Numbered from the stretch's first letter, positions 1 through 9,662 are shown. The stretch: 64,000 nucleotides of DNA from an uncultured Solirubrobacterales bacterium (GCA_963777775.1 CAVZRL010000003.1:28751-92750); one strand, 5' to 3'. The notes: generated from the letters alone by a model not told the origin. Program-made: numbers and translations.

Positions 1-260
1 TGCAAGTAGTGGCGCTGGCGCCAGGGCGGACGCTCGAGCGTCACTGCGGCGCCGGACTCGTAGCCGCGCGCCTCCCAGCCCGTCGCGGGCACCTGGTCGC
101 GGAAGGTCGCGAGCAGGCGCTCGCGGATCGCGGCACGCCCCTCGACGAGCTCGCGTCGGCCGGGCACGGAGAGATCGAGCCTGGCGTCGGGTTCGTAGAG
201 GTCTGTGAGCTCGCCGATCCGCCCCTCTCGCAGCGCTGCCAGCGCCGGATGCCCGCCCAC
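1..260 (-). CDS. Partial CDS (5' part only, runs off the window): small NTF2/SnoaL-like-looking protein
   Basis: My minus-strand translation from GTG 260..258 gives VGGHPALAALREGRIGELTDLYEPDARLDLSVPGRRELVEGRAAIRERLLATFRDQVPATGWEARGYESGAAVTLERPPWRQRHYL with high GC3. The start overlaps the stop of the upstream gene (TAGTG). It is absent from the ORF track because no stop falls in the window. The family call is weak. Confidence 0.4.
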   Translation of the reverse strand, partial: MGGHPALAALREGRIGELTDLYEPDARLDLSVPGRRELVEGRAAIRERLLATFRDQVPATGWEARGYESGAAVTLERPPWRQRHYL

Positions 261-1201
261 TAGGGCGGTGGCGGTGGGAGCGTCGTTCCGAGCTCGGACG
301 CCTCCTCGTCCATCCGCCGGGCGACCGCGGCGGAGGCGATGCAGATCTCGTCCAGCTCGGCGGCAGACTTCTTGTGGCCTTTGACGTTGCAGACCAGCGA
401 TCCGGCGACGAGCTCGAACGCGTACGCCTCGGGCGCGTGGGACTCGAGCCAGACGAGGAAGCTGGGGGAGAGGATCTGGCGCGCCCGGGCGAGGTCGTCG
501 TTGGCACCGGTGAAGATCTCGAACTCCTTGTCCACCGCGGCCGACTCCTGCTCGACCCGCTGGCGCTTGCGAAACACGTCCTCCATCGAGTCCATGAACC
601 GGAATCCGACCCGGCGCTGGCAGTAGAGCTCCTGGACCAGGGCGGCGGTCGCCGGGAGCTGCGTGATCACGATCGTGAAGTGGACGTAGGTGGTCTGGCG
701 GTCCCCATCGGAGTCGGTGGTCTCCTCCTCGTAGGTGTAGAGACAAAGGCTGCCGTTGAGCCCGCCGGGCAGCACTCCATTGAATCGCTCCTGCGCGTAG
801 CGTCGATCGCCGCGGGAGAGCAGCGGGGTCACCGGCGGCAGCGACGTGTGTCCCTCGATCCGGCTCAGGTCGCGGCCCCGCGCATAGGCGGTGAAGAAGT
901 CGTCGCGCGCGGCCGAGTTGGCGGCGATCAGGACCCCGAGGCCGACGACGATCAGGGTCGCCATTGCCGCGAGCGCCCCGATCCCCCAACCGGCCTGGCT
1001 GCCGGCGACGAGCAGCACGACGAGCGTCACCGCGCCGCCCCCGATCAGGGTCAGCGAGTGGCCCGCGAGCCGGCGCGCGTGCAGCCAACGCGTGTCGCCC
1101 GCGTCGTCGGGGACCGGTGGTGCGCTGGGCACCGGCGGCGTCGCGGGAGCCGCACCCGGCGGCGGCGCGCTGAGCCCGTTGGGAGGGGTCTCGGCGCTCA
1201 C
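260..1201 (-). CDS. Hypothetical membrane protein (Pro/Ala-rich N-terminus, two TM segments, soluble C-terminal domain)
   Basis: 313-aa ORF with hydrophobic helices (LTLIGGGAVTLVVLLVAG, GIGALAAMATLIVVGLGVLIAA) and normal protein composition. The 374..1303 + ORF has the R/G/D/E-rich look of an antisense artefact. Confidence 0.7.
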   Translation of the reverse strand: MSAETPPNGLSAPPPGAAPATPPVPSAPPVPDDAGDTRWLHARRLAGHSLTLIGGGAVTLVVLLVAGSQAGWGIGALAAMATLIVVGLGVLIAANSAARDDFFTAYARGRDLSRIEGHTSLPPVTPLLSRGDRRYAQERFNGVLPGGLNGSLCLYTYEEETTDSDGDRQTTYVHFTIVITQLPATAALVQELYCQRRVGFRFMDSMEDVFRKRQRVEQESAAVDKEFEIFTGANDDLARARQILSPSFLVWLESHAPEAYAFELVAGSLVCNVKGHKKSAAELDEICIASAAVARRMDEEASELGTTLPPPPP

Positions 1202-1373
1202 TCGCGAGACCTTATCTGCAACCTGGCTTGCATCCCGACGCCCGCCGGGCGCGCCGCTCGGCCTGGCGCGAACGTCCCCGGATCGCGCTCTGACAAGCGG
1301 TAAACCCTTTCGCGGCAGGTCCGGTTAGCAAGTCCGTCCGACGGAGCGGATCCAATTCTCGATCGAGGCTGTG

Positions 1374-1402
1374 TTGCAAAGTGGGGCAGAGTGGGCTAGC
1401 GT
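1374..1402 (+). promoter_or_regulatory. Candidate sigma-70-type promoter of the mraZ/dcw operon (TTGCAA-N17-TAGCGT)
   Basis: TTGCAA at 1374-1379, a 17-nt spacer, then TAGCGT at 1397-1402 (TANNNT), about 90 nt upstream of the mraZ ATG. Confidence 0.4.
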
Positions 1403-1405
1403 GGC
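1381..1405 (+). promoter_or_regulatory. Candidate MraZ operator: three direct GTGG(G/C) repeats at exact 10-nt spacing
   Basis: GTGGG 1381-1385, GTGGG 1391-1395 and GTGGC 1401-1405 (gtggggcaga gtgggctagc gtggctcaag). Phased (G)TGGG-type repeats upstream of mraZ are the described MraZ operator architecture. Confidence 0.5.
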
Positions 1406-1491
1406 TCAAGCAGTTGACCCAGGGACCGGGGTGGTGAGGCTCCTCCCACCTCGCCACTCCGGTCCAAATCTTCTCCCGGTCCCCCAGCCAG

Positions 1492-1935
1492 ATGGCATTT
1501 CGCGGTCAGTACGAACACAGCCTCGATTCCAAGGACCGGCTCACGATCCCGGCGCGGTGGCGCGGTCAGCTCGTCGACGGGACGGTTCTCGTCGCCGGGC
1601 TCGACCCCTGCGTCGAGGTCTTCTCGCCGAGCGGTTATGACGACTGGACGCAGCGCTTCCTCGCCGACCTCAACCGACTCGGCAAGAAGGGGCGGATGAT
1701 GTATCGGCGCTTCAACGCCTCCGCCCAGGAAGAGGCGCTCGACTCGGCGGGCCGGGTGCGGCTCGCGGGCCACCTGATCGAGCATGCGGGGCTCGACGGC
1801 CCGTGCATCGTGGTCGGGGTCGGAGACCACGTCGAGGTCTGGGACCCGCAGCGCTGGCAGGATCATTACGCCGAGCTCGACGCCCAGGCGGGCGAGCTCG
1901 CCGAGGAGCTGGCCGGCGGCCCGGGGGCGGGCTGA
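1492..1935 (+). CDS. mraZ: Transcriptional regulator MraZ
   Basis: MAFRGQYEHSLDSKDRLTIPARWR... with the duplicated SpoVT/AbrB-like DxxxR motif pattern. It is the first gene of the dcw cluster. Confidence 0.95.
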   Translation: MAFRGQYEHSLDSKDRLTIPARWRGQLVDGTVLVAGLDPCVEVFSPSGYDDWTQRFLADLNRLGKKGRMMYRRFNASAQEEALDSAGRVRLAGHLIEHAGLDGPCIVVGVGDHVEVWDPQRWQDHYAELDAQAGELAEELAGGPGAG

Positions 1936-2918
1936 TGGCCACACTGACCTACATGCCGACCGAGCACCTGCCCGTCCTCGCCTCCGAGCTGGTCGCGCTC
2001 TGCGACCCGGGGCCCGGCGACACGGTCGTCGATTGCACGTTCGGCGGCGGTGGCCATGCGCGGCTGTTCGCGGAGCGGATCGGGCCGACCGGGACGCTGG
2101 TCTGCATCGATCGTGACCCGGCCGCCGCGGCGCGATTCGCAGAGCTCGAGCCTGAGCTCGGCTGCGAAGCGCGCTTCGAGCCGGGCGACTTCGCCGAGCT
2201 GCTCGGCTCGCTCGCCGAGGAGGGCTTGCGCCCGCAGGTGATCTACATGGACCTGGGCGTCTCCTCGCACCAGCTCGACAGTTGGGAGCGCGGGTTCTCC
2301 TACTCCTATGACGCGCCCCTGGACATGCGGATGGACAGCTCGCAGAACCTCTCGGCGCTCGAGGTCGTCAACGAATGGCCGCCGGCGCGCCTCGAGGCCG
2401 CCCTGCGCGAGCTCGGCGAGGAGCGTCACGCACGGGCGATCGCCGGCGAGATCGCCCGTCGCCGGCCGCTCGAGACCACCGGCGAACTGGTCGACGCGAT
2501 TCGCTCAGCGGTCCCGTCCGCGTACCGGTTCGGGCGCGGGCACCCGGCCAAGCGCAGCTTTCAGGCGATCCGGATCGCCGTCAACGGCGAGCTCGACTCG
2601 CTCGACCGGGCGCTGCCCGGCGCCTGGTCGCTGCTTGCCGAGGGCGGGCGCTTCGCGGCGATCGCCTTCCACTCGCTCGAGGACCGCCGCGTGAAGCGCT
2701 TTCTCGCCGGGCGCGCGCGGGGCTGCACCTGCCCGCCGGAGCTTCCCGTCTGCGTCTGTGGGCACGAGCCCGAGGCAGAGCTGCTCTCTCGCCGGGTGGT
2801 CCGCCCGAGCGAGCACGAGGCCGAGCGCAACCCCCGATCGCGCTCGGCGCGCCTGCGTGCGGCGCGCAAGCTTGGCGCAGGAACACCACGCGTCGAGGGC
2901 GAAGAAGCGCCGAGGTAG
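1935..2918 (+). CDS. rsmH: 16S rRNA (cytosine1402-N4)-methyltransferase RsmH
   Basis: ATG 1935 overlaps the mraZ stop (TGATG). Motifs: DCTFGGGGH SAM motif and HSLEDRRVK. The longer ORF from 1803 overlaps mraZ and I do not credit it. Confidence 0.95.
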   Translation: MATLTYMPTEHLPVLASELVALCDPGPGDTVVDCTFGGGGHARLFAERIGPTGTLVCIDRDPAAAARFAELEPELGCEARFEPGDFAELLGSLAEEGLRPQVIYMDLGVSSHQLDSWERGFSYSYDAPLDMRMDSSQNLSALEVVNEWPPARLEAALRELGEERHARAIAGEIARRRPLETTGELVDAIRSAVPSAYRFGRGHPAKRSFQAIRIAVNGELDSLDRALPGAWSLLAEGGRFAAIAFHSLEDRRVKRFLAGRARGCTCPPELPVCVCGHEPEAELLSRRVVRPSEHEAERNPRSRSARLRAARKLGAGTPRVEGEEAPR

Positions 2919-2921
2919 GAG

Positions 2922-3632
2922 ATGGCAGCGACCGCGACAGCCAGACCCGGCACCGCCACGCGTCGCGCGCCGTCCCGCAGGTCGGCGCCCACGGCGCCGC
3001 GAAAGCGCCGTCCCCCGCCGCGCCGCCAGACCCCGGTGGCGGGCTTCGTCCCGGTCGCCGTCGGCCGGACCGCGGTCGCTGTCGGCGGCCTCGCCGACTC
3101 GGGCCTGGTCGTCCGCCTGACCAGGTCGCGACTCTGGATCGGGCTACTCGGCTGCCTGCTGATCGGGATCGTCGCCCTGAACGTGATGGCGCTCAGCTTC
3201 AGCGCCTCCTCGAGCCAGGCGGCCCGACAGGCCGAAGAGCTCGAGCAGCTCAACTCCGCCCTGCGAGGCGACATCGCGACCCGGCTCTCGAGCGACGAGG
3301 TGGAATCGGCGGCAAGCGAGATGGGGATGTTCATCCCCGAGCCCGGCGCGATCCGCTACCTGCGCCCGTCGTCCGCCGACGCCGCCGAGGCCGCCCGTCG
3401 CTTGCGCGACGGAGAGCTCGGCTCGACCGGCTACGTCGCCGCCGAGCCGATCGCGGCTCCGGTTGACGCGGCTCCGGTTGAGACGACCCCGGTCGCGTCC
3501 TCGGAAGCCGTCGCCCCGGTGGCCGAGGACGCAGCCGCCGCCCCGGTCGCGCCCGAGACCGCGGCGGCCACCACCCCGGCCGCGCCGCTCGCCCCCGCGG
3601 CTCCGGTCGGCGGCGGGGTCGCCGCGCCGTGA
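2922..3632 (+). CDS. FtsL-like cell-division membrane protein with an Ala/Pro-rich C-terminal tail
   Basis: Positioned between rsmH and ftsI. It has a basic N-terminus, a single TM (LWIGLLGCLLIGIVALNVMAL), a coiled-coil-like stretch (QAARQAEELEQLNSALRGDIA), and an AGGAGA RBS before the ATG. Confidence 0.7.
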   Translation: MAATATARPGTATRRAPSRRSAPTAPRKRRPPPRRQTPVAGFVPVAVGRTAVAVGGLADSGLVVRLTRSRLWIGLLGCLLIGIVALNVMALSFSASSSQAARQAEELEQLNSALRGDIATRLSSDEVESAASEMGMFIPEPGAIRYLRPSSADAAEAARRLRDGELGSTGYVAAEPIAAPVDAAPVETTPVASSEAVAPVAEDAAAAPVAPETAAATTPAAPLAPAAPVGGGVAAP

Positions 3633-5320
3633 GTCTGGTTGACCGCCGCGTCGGCCTCCTGTTTGCGGGGTTCACGGCCCTGCTGCTGATCGTCCTTGTC
3701 CGCGCGGCCTGGGTCCAGGGCGTCAACGGTGGCCGCTACAGCGCCGAGGCCCAGAGCCAGCAGGTCGAGTCGGTGGTCGTCCCCGGCTCGCGGGGGACGA
3801 TCTCCGACCGCGACGGCAAGTCGCTCGCCGTCTCCGAGGACGCGGCGACCGTGATCGCGACGCCCTACCAGGTCACGGATCCCGAGGCGACGGCACGCAA
3901 GCTCGCTCGCGCCCTGGAGGCGGATGAGAAGCCGATCCTCGCGGCGCTCGCCGATCGCGAGTCGGGCTTCGCCTACATCGCGCGCAAGGCGAGCCTCGAC
4001 GCGGCCGCGAAGATCGAGGAGCTCGACCTGCCCGGGATCGCGCTGTTGCCCGACAGCCGCAGGATCTACCCGCAGGGCGAGCTGGCCTCGCAGGTGATCG
4101 GCACGGTCGGGATCGAGAACCAGGGCCTGACCGGGCTGGAGGCATCCGAGGACGAGCTCCTGCACGGCACCGACGGCGAGCGCGAGGTCGTTCGCGACGC
4201 GCTCGGCGACGAGCTCGAGCGCCAGACGATCGCCGGTGCCGAGACCGGATCGGACCTGCAGCTGACCCTCGATGCCGACCTTCAGGCCGAGACCGAGAGC
4301 GTGCTGGAGGGGATCGGGACCGCCTACCAGCCGGACGGGGCAACCGCGGTCGTGATGGACCCCCGCGGCTCCGACGTGCTTGCGATGGCCAACTGGCCGC
4401 CCTTCGACCCGACCGAGCTCGACGCCGCGAGCCCCGATGAGCTGCGCAACATGGCGACCGGGTTCACCTACGAGCCGGGCTCGACGTTCAAGGCGTTCAC
4501 GGTCGCCGGCGCGCTCGAGGACGGCGTGGTGACGCCGCAGACCAGCTTCGACCTGCCCCCGACGCTTCAAATTGCCGACCGCATGATCGAGGAGTCGCAC
4601 CCGCGCGGCTACATCAGCGCCTCGGTCTCAGAGATCATCCAGCAGTCCTCGAACGTCGGCGCGGTGCTGATCGGGCTGGCGCTCAACGACGAGTTCGGCG
4701 ACTCCAAGTACGGCGGCCGGTTCGACGCCTGGGTGCGGCGGTTCGGGTTCGGGCGCGCGACCGGGATCCAGTTCGCCGGTGACGAGCAGGGGATCGTTCC
4801 GGATCCTGACGACTATTCCGGCTCGACGATGGGCAACCTGCCGCTCGGCCAGGGCCTTTCGGTTACCCCGATCCAGATCGCCGCCGCTTACTCGGCGATC
4901 GCCGGCGACGGAGTGCTGCGCGCCCCGCGCTTGGTGGCCGAGCAGGACGGGGTCGAGGTCGAGCGCGACCGGGGTGAGCGGGTGATCAGCAGCGCCCATG
5001 CCGCCGAGCTTCGCGAGATGCTCGAGGGCGTGCTCGAGGCCGGCGGCACGGCCTCGGCGGTGACCGTCCCCGGCTACACGCTGGCCGGCAAGACCGGCAC
5101 CGCGCAGAAAGTCGACCCCGAGACCGGGACCTACTCGGAAACGGAGTTCGTCGCCTCATTCGTCGGATTCGCCCCCGCCGAGGACCCGCGTCTGCTGGTC
5201 GCGGTGGTCGTCGACAACCCGAAGGGCGACTACTACGGCGGCACCGTGGCGGCTCCTGCGTTCGGCGAGATCGCGCGCTACGCGCTGCCACACCTGGGGA
5301 TCGCGCCGGACGGAGCCTGA
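3629..5320 (+). CDS. ftsI: Class B penicillin-binding protein / peptidoglycan D,D-transpeptidase FtsI
   Basis: STFK (SxxK), SSN and KTGT motifs, an N-terminal TM, dcw position, and a GTG that overlaps the upstream stop. Confidence 0.9.
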   Translation: MSLVDRRVGLLFAGFTALLLIVLVRAAWVQGVNGGRYSAEAQSQQVESVVVPGSRGTISDRDGKSLAVSEDAATVIATPYQVTDPEATARKLARALEADEKPILAALADRESGFAYIARKASLDAAAKIEELDLPGIALLPDSRRIYPQGELASQVIGTVGIENQGLTGLEASEDELLHGTDGEREVVRDALGDELERQTIAGAETGSDLQLTLDADLQAETESVLEGIGTAYQPDGATAVVMDPRGSDVLAMANWPPFDPTELDAASPDELRNMATGFTYEPGSTFKAFTVAGALEDGVVTPQTSFDLPPTLQIADRMIEESHPRGYISASVSEIIQQSSNVGAVLIGLALNDEFGDSKYGGRFDAWVRRFGFGRATGIQFAGDEQGIVPDPDDYSGSTMGNLPLGQGLSVTPIQIAAAYSAIAGDGVLRAPRLVAEQDGVEVERDRGERVISSAHAAELREMLEGVLEAGGTASAVTVPGYTLAGKTGTAQKVDPETGTYSETEFVASFVGFAPAEDPRLLVAVVVDNPKGDYYGGTVAAPAFGEIARYALPHLGIAPDGA

Positions 5321-5365
5321 CCGCTGCGCCGCTGGTCGTCGCTGCCCCTTCCTAGAATCGCCCGC

Positions 5366-6844
5366 GTGAAGCTTCGCGAGCTGCTCGCAGGCGCCGACGT
5401 GATCGAGGTCGTCGGCGACGCTGAGGTCGAGATCGCCGGCCTCGCCTACGACAGCAGGCGGGTCCGCGACGGATCCCTGTTCTTCTGCTACCCGGGCTCG
5501 GTCGCCGACGGGCACCGGTTCGCGCCGCTCGCCGTTCAGGCGGGTGCGGTCGCGGTCGCGGTCGAGCGCCGGCTCGAGCTCGAGCCCTGGGTCGTGCAGG
5601 CCGTGGTCGCCGACGGCAGGGCGGCGATGGCGCACGCGGCGGTCCGTTTCTATGACGACCCGACCGCGGAACTGCGCGTGGTCGGGATCACGGGCACGAA
5701 CGGGAAGACGACGACTGCGTTCCTCGTCCGTCAGGTCCTCGAGCGCGCCGCGGTCCAGACCGGCCTGCTGGGAACGGTGAAGCGCGTGGTCGGCGGCGTC
5801 GAGGAGGAGGTCGAGCGCACGACGCCCGAGGCAATCGACCTGCAGGCGAGCTTTCGCCGCATGGTCGAGAGCGGGGACCGCGCCTGCGCGATGGAGGTCT
5901 CCTCGCATGCGCTGGCTCTGCGCCGCGCGGATGGGATCCGCTTCGCGGTCGCTGCGTTCACCAACCTGACCCAGGACCACCTCGACTTCCACGCCGACAT
6001 GGGTGATTACTTCCTTGCCAAGCGGCGCCTGTTCGACGCCGGGCGCCCGGAGCGCGCCGTGATCAACCTCGACGACCCCTACGGCGACCGCCTGGCGGCC
6101 GAGTTCGAAGCGCTGACCTTCTCGGCCCGCGGCGACGAGCGCGCCGCCTACCGCGCGCTCGAGGCGTCGTTCGGCCCCGCGGGCTCGCACTTCCGCTGCC
6201 TGGCGCCGGACGGCGAGGCAGAGGTGGCGCTGCCGCTGCCGGGCCGGTTCAACATCGAGAACGCCCTTTGCGCGATCGCCTGCGCCGGGGCGCTCGGGCT
6301 CGCGCTCGCCGACGTGGTCGCGGCGCTCGCCGTCGCCGACCGCGTCCCGGGCCGCTTCGAGCCGGTCGACGAGGGCCAGCCGTTCGCGGTCATCGTCGAT
6401 TACGCCCACACCCCCGACTCGCTCGAGAACGTCCTCGACGCCGCCCGGCAGGTGACCGGCGGGCGGCTGATCTGCGTGTTCGGGTGCGGCGGCGATCGCG
6501 ACCGCGAGAAGCGGCCGCTGATGGGCGAGATCGCCGCTCGACTCGCCGACCTCTCGGTGGTCACGTCCGACAACCCGCGCTCCGAGGACCCGCTCGCGAT
6601 CGTCGCCGAGATCCGCGCCGGAATCGCGCAGGGCGGGGCGGAGATCGAGGTCGAGCCCGACCGGCGGGCGGCGATCGCACTGGCGCTCGAGGCGGCGGCC
6701 GGCGGCGACACCGTGGTGATCGCCGGCAAGGGGCACGAGCAGGGCCAGGAGTTCGAGGCGGGCCGCAAGGTCCCGTTCGACGATCGCGACGTCGCGCGCG
6801 AGGAGCTGCGCCGGCTCGCGGCGCCGGCGAGCGCCGGCCCGTGA
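5366..6844 (+). CDS. murE: UDP-N-acetylmuramoyl-L-alanyl-D-glutamate--2,6-diaminopimelate ligase
   Basis: GITGTNGKTTT P-loop and the DNPRSEDP motif typical of meso-DAP-adding MurE. Confidence 0.95.
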   Translation: MKLRELLAGADVIEVVGDAEVEIAGLAYDSRRVRDGSLFFCYPGSVADGHRFAPLAVQAGAVAVAVERRLELEPWVVQAVVADGRAAMAHAAVRFYDDPTAELRVVGITGTNGKTTTAFLVRQVLERAAVQTGLLGTVKRVVGGVEEEVERTTPEAIDLQASFRRMVESGDRACAMEVSSHALALRRADGIRFAVAAFTNLTQDHLDFHADMGDYFLAKRRLFDAGRPERAVINLDDPYGDRLAAEFEALTFSARGDERAAYRALEASFGPAGSHFRCLAPDGEAEVALPLPGRFNIENALCAIACAGALGLALADVVAALAVADRVPGRFEPVDEGQPFAVIVDYAHTPDSLENVLDAARQVTGGRLICVFGCGGDRDREKRPLMGEIAARLADLSVVTSDNPRSEDPLAIVAEIRAGIAQGGAEIEVEPDRRAAIALALEAAAGGDTVVIAGKGHEQGQEFEAGRKVPFDDRDVAREELRRLAAPASAGP

Positions 6845-8199
6845 TCGAGCTCGAGCCGGAACGGATCGCTGCGGCCGCGGATGCGGCGATCGTGCGCGAG
6901 GGTCGCTCCGGACGCCCGAGCCGGGCGCTGATCGACTCCCGCCAAGCCGCCACAGGGGATCTGTTCTTCGGCCTGCGCGGAGAGCGCGCCGACGGCGGCG
7001 AGCACGCGGCCGAGGCGCTGCGCGCGGGCGCCTGGGGGGCGGTGGTCGAGCCCGGCCGTGCCGAACAGCTTGCGGCCGGCGGGGGACAGGGCTGGGTGCT
7101 CGCCGCGGCCGACCCGCTCGCCTCGCTGCAGTCGCTGGCGCGCGCCTGGCGCCGCGCGCTCGGCTGCCGGGTGGTCGGGATCACGGGCTCGACGGGAAAG
7201 ACGTCGGTCAAGGACATCTGCCGGGCGATCCTCCCGTTCCGCCTTCACGCCAGCCCCGAGAACTTCAACACCGAGATCGGCCTGCCGCTGGCGATCCTCT
7301 CGGCCCCGGCCGAGACCGAGCTGCTGGTGCTCGAGATGGCGATGCGCGGGCGCGGCCAGATCGCCGAGCTGTGCGCGATCGCCGAGCCCGACGTGGGCGC
7401 GATCACCAATGTCGGCCCGGTCCACCTCGAGCTGCTCGGCAGCGAGCAGGCCGTCGCCGAGGCCAAGGCCGAGATCCTGGCCGGGCTGGGCGATCGCGGG
7501 CGGGCGGTGATCCCCGCCGACGCGCCGGCGCTCGACCCGCACCTCGACGGCCGGGTGGCGACGCTCCGCTTCGGGCCCGGCGGCGAGGTCGAGGTGCGCT
7601 CGTCCGAGCCCCGCGGGCGCGGCCTGGTGGCGCGGATCGCGGCTCCAAGCGGGGAGGAGACGTTCGAGCTGCCCTTCGGCGGAGCCCACAACCTGCTCAA
7701 CACCGCCTGCGCGGTCGCGATCGGCGTCGCGCTCGGAGCGGAGCTGTCCGAGATGGCCCGTCGGGCGCCGGACATATCCTTCTCGCGGCTGCGGGGCGAG
7801 CTGATCGAGCTGCCCGGAGGCTCGGTGCTCGTCAACGACTGCTACAACGCCAACCCGATCTCGATGCGCGCGGCGCTCGAGCACCTCGCCGCACTCGAGG
7901 TCCCGGGGCGGCGCGTCGCCGTGCTCGGCGGGATGGCCGAGCTCGGCGCCGACGCGGACGCCTACCATCGCCGGGCCGCCGAGCAGGCGCGGGCGCTCGG
8001 GATCGAGACGATCGTCGGGGTCGGCGAGCTCGCGCGCGGGTACGCGGCCGATCGCTGGGCGCCTGACCCCGAGGCCGCGGTCGACGTCGTCGCCGAGCTG
8101 CTCGGCGACGGCGACGGGGTGCTGGTCAAGGGCTCGCGCTCGGTCGGGCTCGAGGCGTTCACCGCGGGCCTGGTGGCGAGGATCGAGGCTCGCCCGTGA
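6841..8199 (+). CDS. murF: UDP-N-acetylmuramoyl-tripeptide--D-alanyl-D-alanine ligase
   Basis: GTG 6841 overlaps the murE stop (GTGA). GITGSTGKTS P-loop. The 6268 extension lies inside murE. Confidence 0.93.
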   Translation: MIELEPERIAAAADAAIVREGRSGRPSRALIDSRQAATGDLFFGLRGERADGGEHAAEALRAGAWGAVVEPGRAEQLAAGGGQGWVLAAADPLASLQSLARAWRRALGCRVVGITGSTGKTSVKDICRAILPFRLHASPENFNTEIGLPLAILSAPAETELLVLEMAMRGRGQIAELCAIAEPDVGAITNVGPVHLELLGSEQAVAEAKAEILAGLGDRGRAVIPADAPALDPHLDGRVATLRFGPGGEVEVRSSEPRGRGLVARIAAPSGEETFELPFGGAHNLLNTACAVAIGVALGAELSEMARRAPDISFSRLRGELIELPGGSVLVNDCYNANPISMRAALEHLAALEVPGRRVAVLGGMAELGADADAYHRRAAEQARALGIETIVGVGELARGYAADRWAPDPEAAVDVVAELLGDGDGVLVKGSRSVGLEAFTAGLVARIEARP

Positions 8200-9218
8200 G
8201 CCTGCCCGCGGGGCAGGTCGTGACCGACGTCGCCTCGACCGCGATCGACCGCGGCGAGGTGCTGATCGCCGGGATGGCGGCGATGCTGATCACGATCTTC
8301 CTCGGTCCCAAGTTCATCGAGTACCTGCGGGTCAAGGAGTTCGGCCAGCAGATCCGCGAGGAGGGGCCGGAGGGCCACCACGGGAAGGCCGGGACGCCGA
8401 CGATGGGTGGGCTGATCGTCTTCCTCGGGATCGCGATCCCGTATCTCGTCCTCTCCGACCGCGACACCGCGAGCCTGGCCGTGTTCGGGGTTGCGCTCGG
8501 CTGCGCGGCGCTCGGCTTCGCCGACGACTGGATCAAGATCACCAAGCGGCGCTCGCTCGGGCTGGGCGCCCGCTACAAGCTGCTGGTCCAGATCGGACTC
8601 GCGCTGGCGCTCTGGTGGGTGGCCTACGACGAGCTCGGGCTCGCCCCGTCGCTGGAGGCCCGGGTCTTCGACGCCGAGATCTACCTCGGCCCGGTCGTCT
8701 ACCTGGTCTTCGTCTACTTCGTGATCGCCGGCTCCTCGAACGCGGTCAACCTCACCGACGGCCTCGACGGCCTCGCCGCCGGTTCCTGCGCGATCGTCCT
8801 GCTCGCCTACACGGCGATCACGATCACCAACGGCCAGGAAGGGCTGGCGGTGCTCTCGGCCTGCCTGGTCGGCGCCTCGGTCGGCTTTCTCTGGTTCAAC
8901 TCGTTCCCCGCCTCGATCTTCATGGGCGACACCGGCTCACTCGGCCTCGGCGGCGCGATCGGGGCGCTCGCGGTCATGACCCAGACCGAGCTGCTGCTGG
9001 TGATCATCGGCGGGATCTTCGTCATCGAGGCGCTCTCGGTGGCGGTCCAGGTGGTCAGCTTCAAGCTCTTCCGCCGCCGGGTCCTGCTGATGGCGCCTGT
9101 CCATCACCACTTCGAGTTGCTCGCCTGGTCGGAGACCAAGATCATGCTGCGGTTCTGGATCATCGCCGCCGTCTGCTCGGGGATCGGCTTCACCCTGTAC
9201 CAGAACTCGATCGGCTAG
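8196..9218 (+). CDS. mraY: Phospho-N-acetylmuramoyl-pentapeptide transferase
   Basis: NAVNLTDGLDGLA and HHHFE motifs, a polytopic membrane protein, and a GTGA overlap with murF. Confidence 0.95.
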   Translation: MSLPAGQVVTDVASTAIDRGEVLIAGMAAMLITIFLGPKFIEYLRVKEFGQQIREEGPEGHHGKAGTPTMGGLIVFLGIAIPYLVLSDRDTASLAVFGVALGCAALGFADDWIKITKRRSLGLGARYKLLVQIGLALALWWVAYDELGLAPSLEARVFDAEIYLGPVVYLVFVYFVIAGSSNAVNLTDGLDGLAAGSCAIVLLAYTAITITNGQEGLAVLSACLVGASVGFLWFNSFPASIFMGDTGSLGLGGAIGALAVMTQTELLLVIIGGIFVIEALSVAVQVVSFKLFRRRVLLMAPVHHHFELLAWSETKIMLRFWIIAAVCSGIGFTLYQNSIG

Positions 9219-9224
9219 CCGCGC

Positions 9225-9653
9225 TCAGCGTCGGGCCGGCGGCTCGGCGATCTCGCGCTCGCGCTCGACGAAGCCGACCACCGACTCGCGCAGCCTTCCG
9301 CGCCCCATCATCAGCGCCCAGAAGCCCGCCAGCGGGCCGTCGAGATAGACGCGGTGGGTGATCTCGACGCTCGAGCGCCCGGCGGCGAGCCGCTGCTCGT
9401 GGCCGAGCCGAGCGCCCGGAAAGCGCGCCTCGAGGCGCAACAGGCGCTCGGGCTCGAGTTCGATCACCGCGAACGACAAGGTGCCGCCGCGGCGCATCTT
9501 CGCTCGCAGCTCGGCGCCGACCCGCAGCTCGCGATCCGCCTCGACGCGCTCGAGTTGGCGGTTCCAGTCCGGCCAGCGGTCCGGGTCTGCCCACAGCGCC
9601 CAGACCTCGGCCGCCGGGGCCGCGCAGCGGTCGCTGTGGGCCGCCTCGAACAA
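9225..9653 (-). CDS. SRPBCC (START/polyketide cyclase-like) family protein
   Basis: 142 aa. The N-terminal pattern (AAPAAEVWALWADPDRWPDWN) is typical of SRPBCC/AHSA1-like proteins. It is on the opposite strand inside the dcw cluster. Confidence 0.65.
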   Translation of the reverse strand: MFEAAHSDRCAAPAAEVWALWADPDRWPDWNRQLERVEADRELRVGAELRAKMRRGGTLSFAVIELEPERLLRLEARFPGARLGHEQRLAAGRSSVEITHRVYLDGPLAGFWALMMGRGRLRESVVGFVEREREIAEPPARR

Positions 9654-9662
9654 AGCTGGGCC

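Noticed and set aside
374-1303. Long ORFs antisense to, or frame-shifted over, recognised genes. Examples: 374-1303 +, 3431-4600 -, 5156-6736 -, 6400-7968 -, 9190-10731 -, 9911-11584 -, 13633-15279 -, 17107-18438 -, 18417-20360 -, 43134-44906 -, 53669-55510 - and 57571-59673 -.
   Set aside because: These are typical high-GC artefacts. Their products are R/G/P/A/D-rich and low-complexity with no motifs. The opposite strand or other frame encodes unmistakable conserved proteins.
1803-1934. Long 5' extensions of ORF-track entries. Examples: rsmH from 1803, murF from 6268, murC from 13651, murB from 15048, ftsQ from 15440, gcvPB from 23440, trpS from 36014, scpA from 36391, rpe from 56429, ribD from 58830 and ribE from 59927.
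   Set aside because: The extensions lie inside the preceding gene in another frame and are Arg/Pro-rich. In each case a start codon that overlaps or immediately follows the upstream stop, followed at once by the conserved N-terminus, is the better model.
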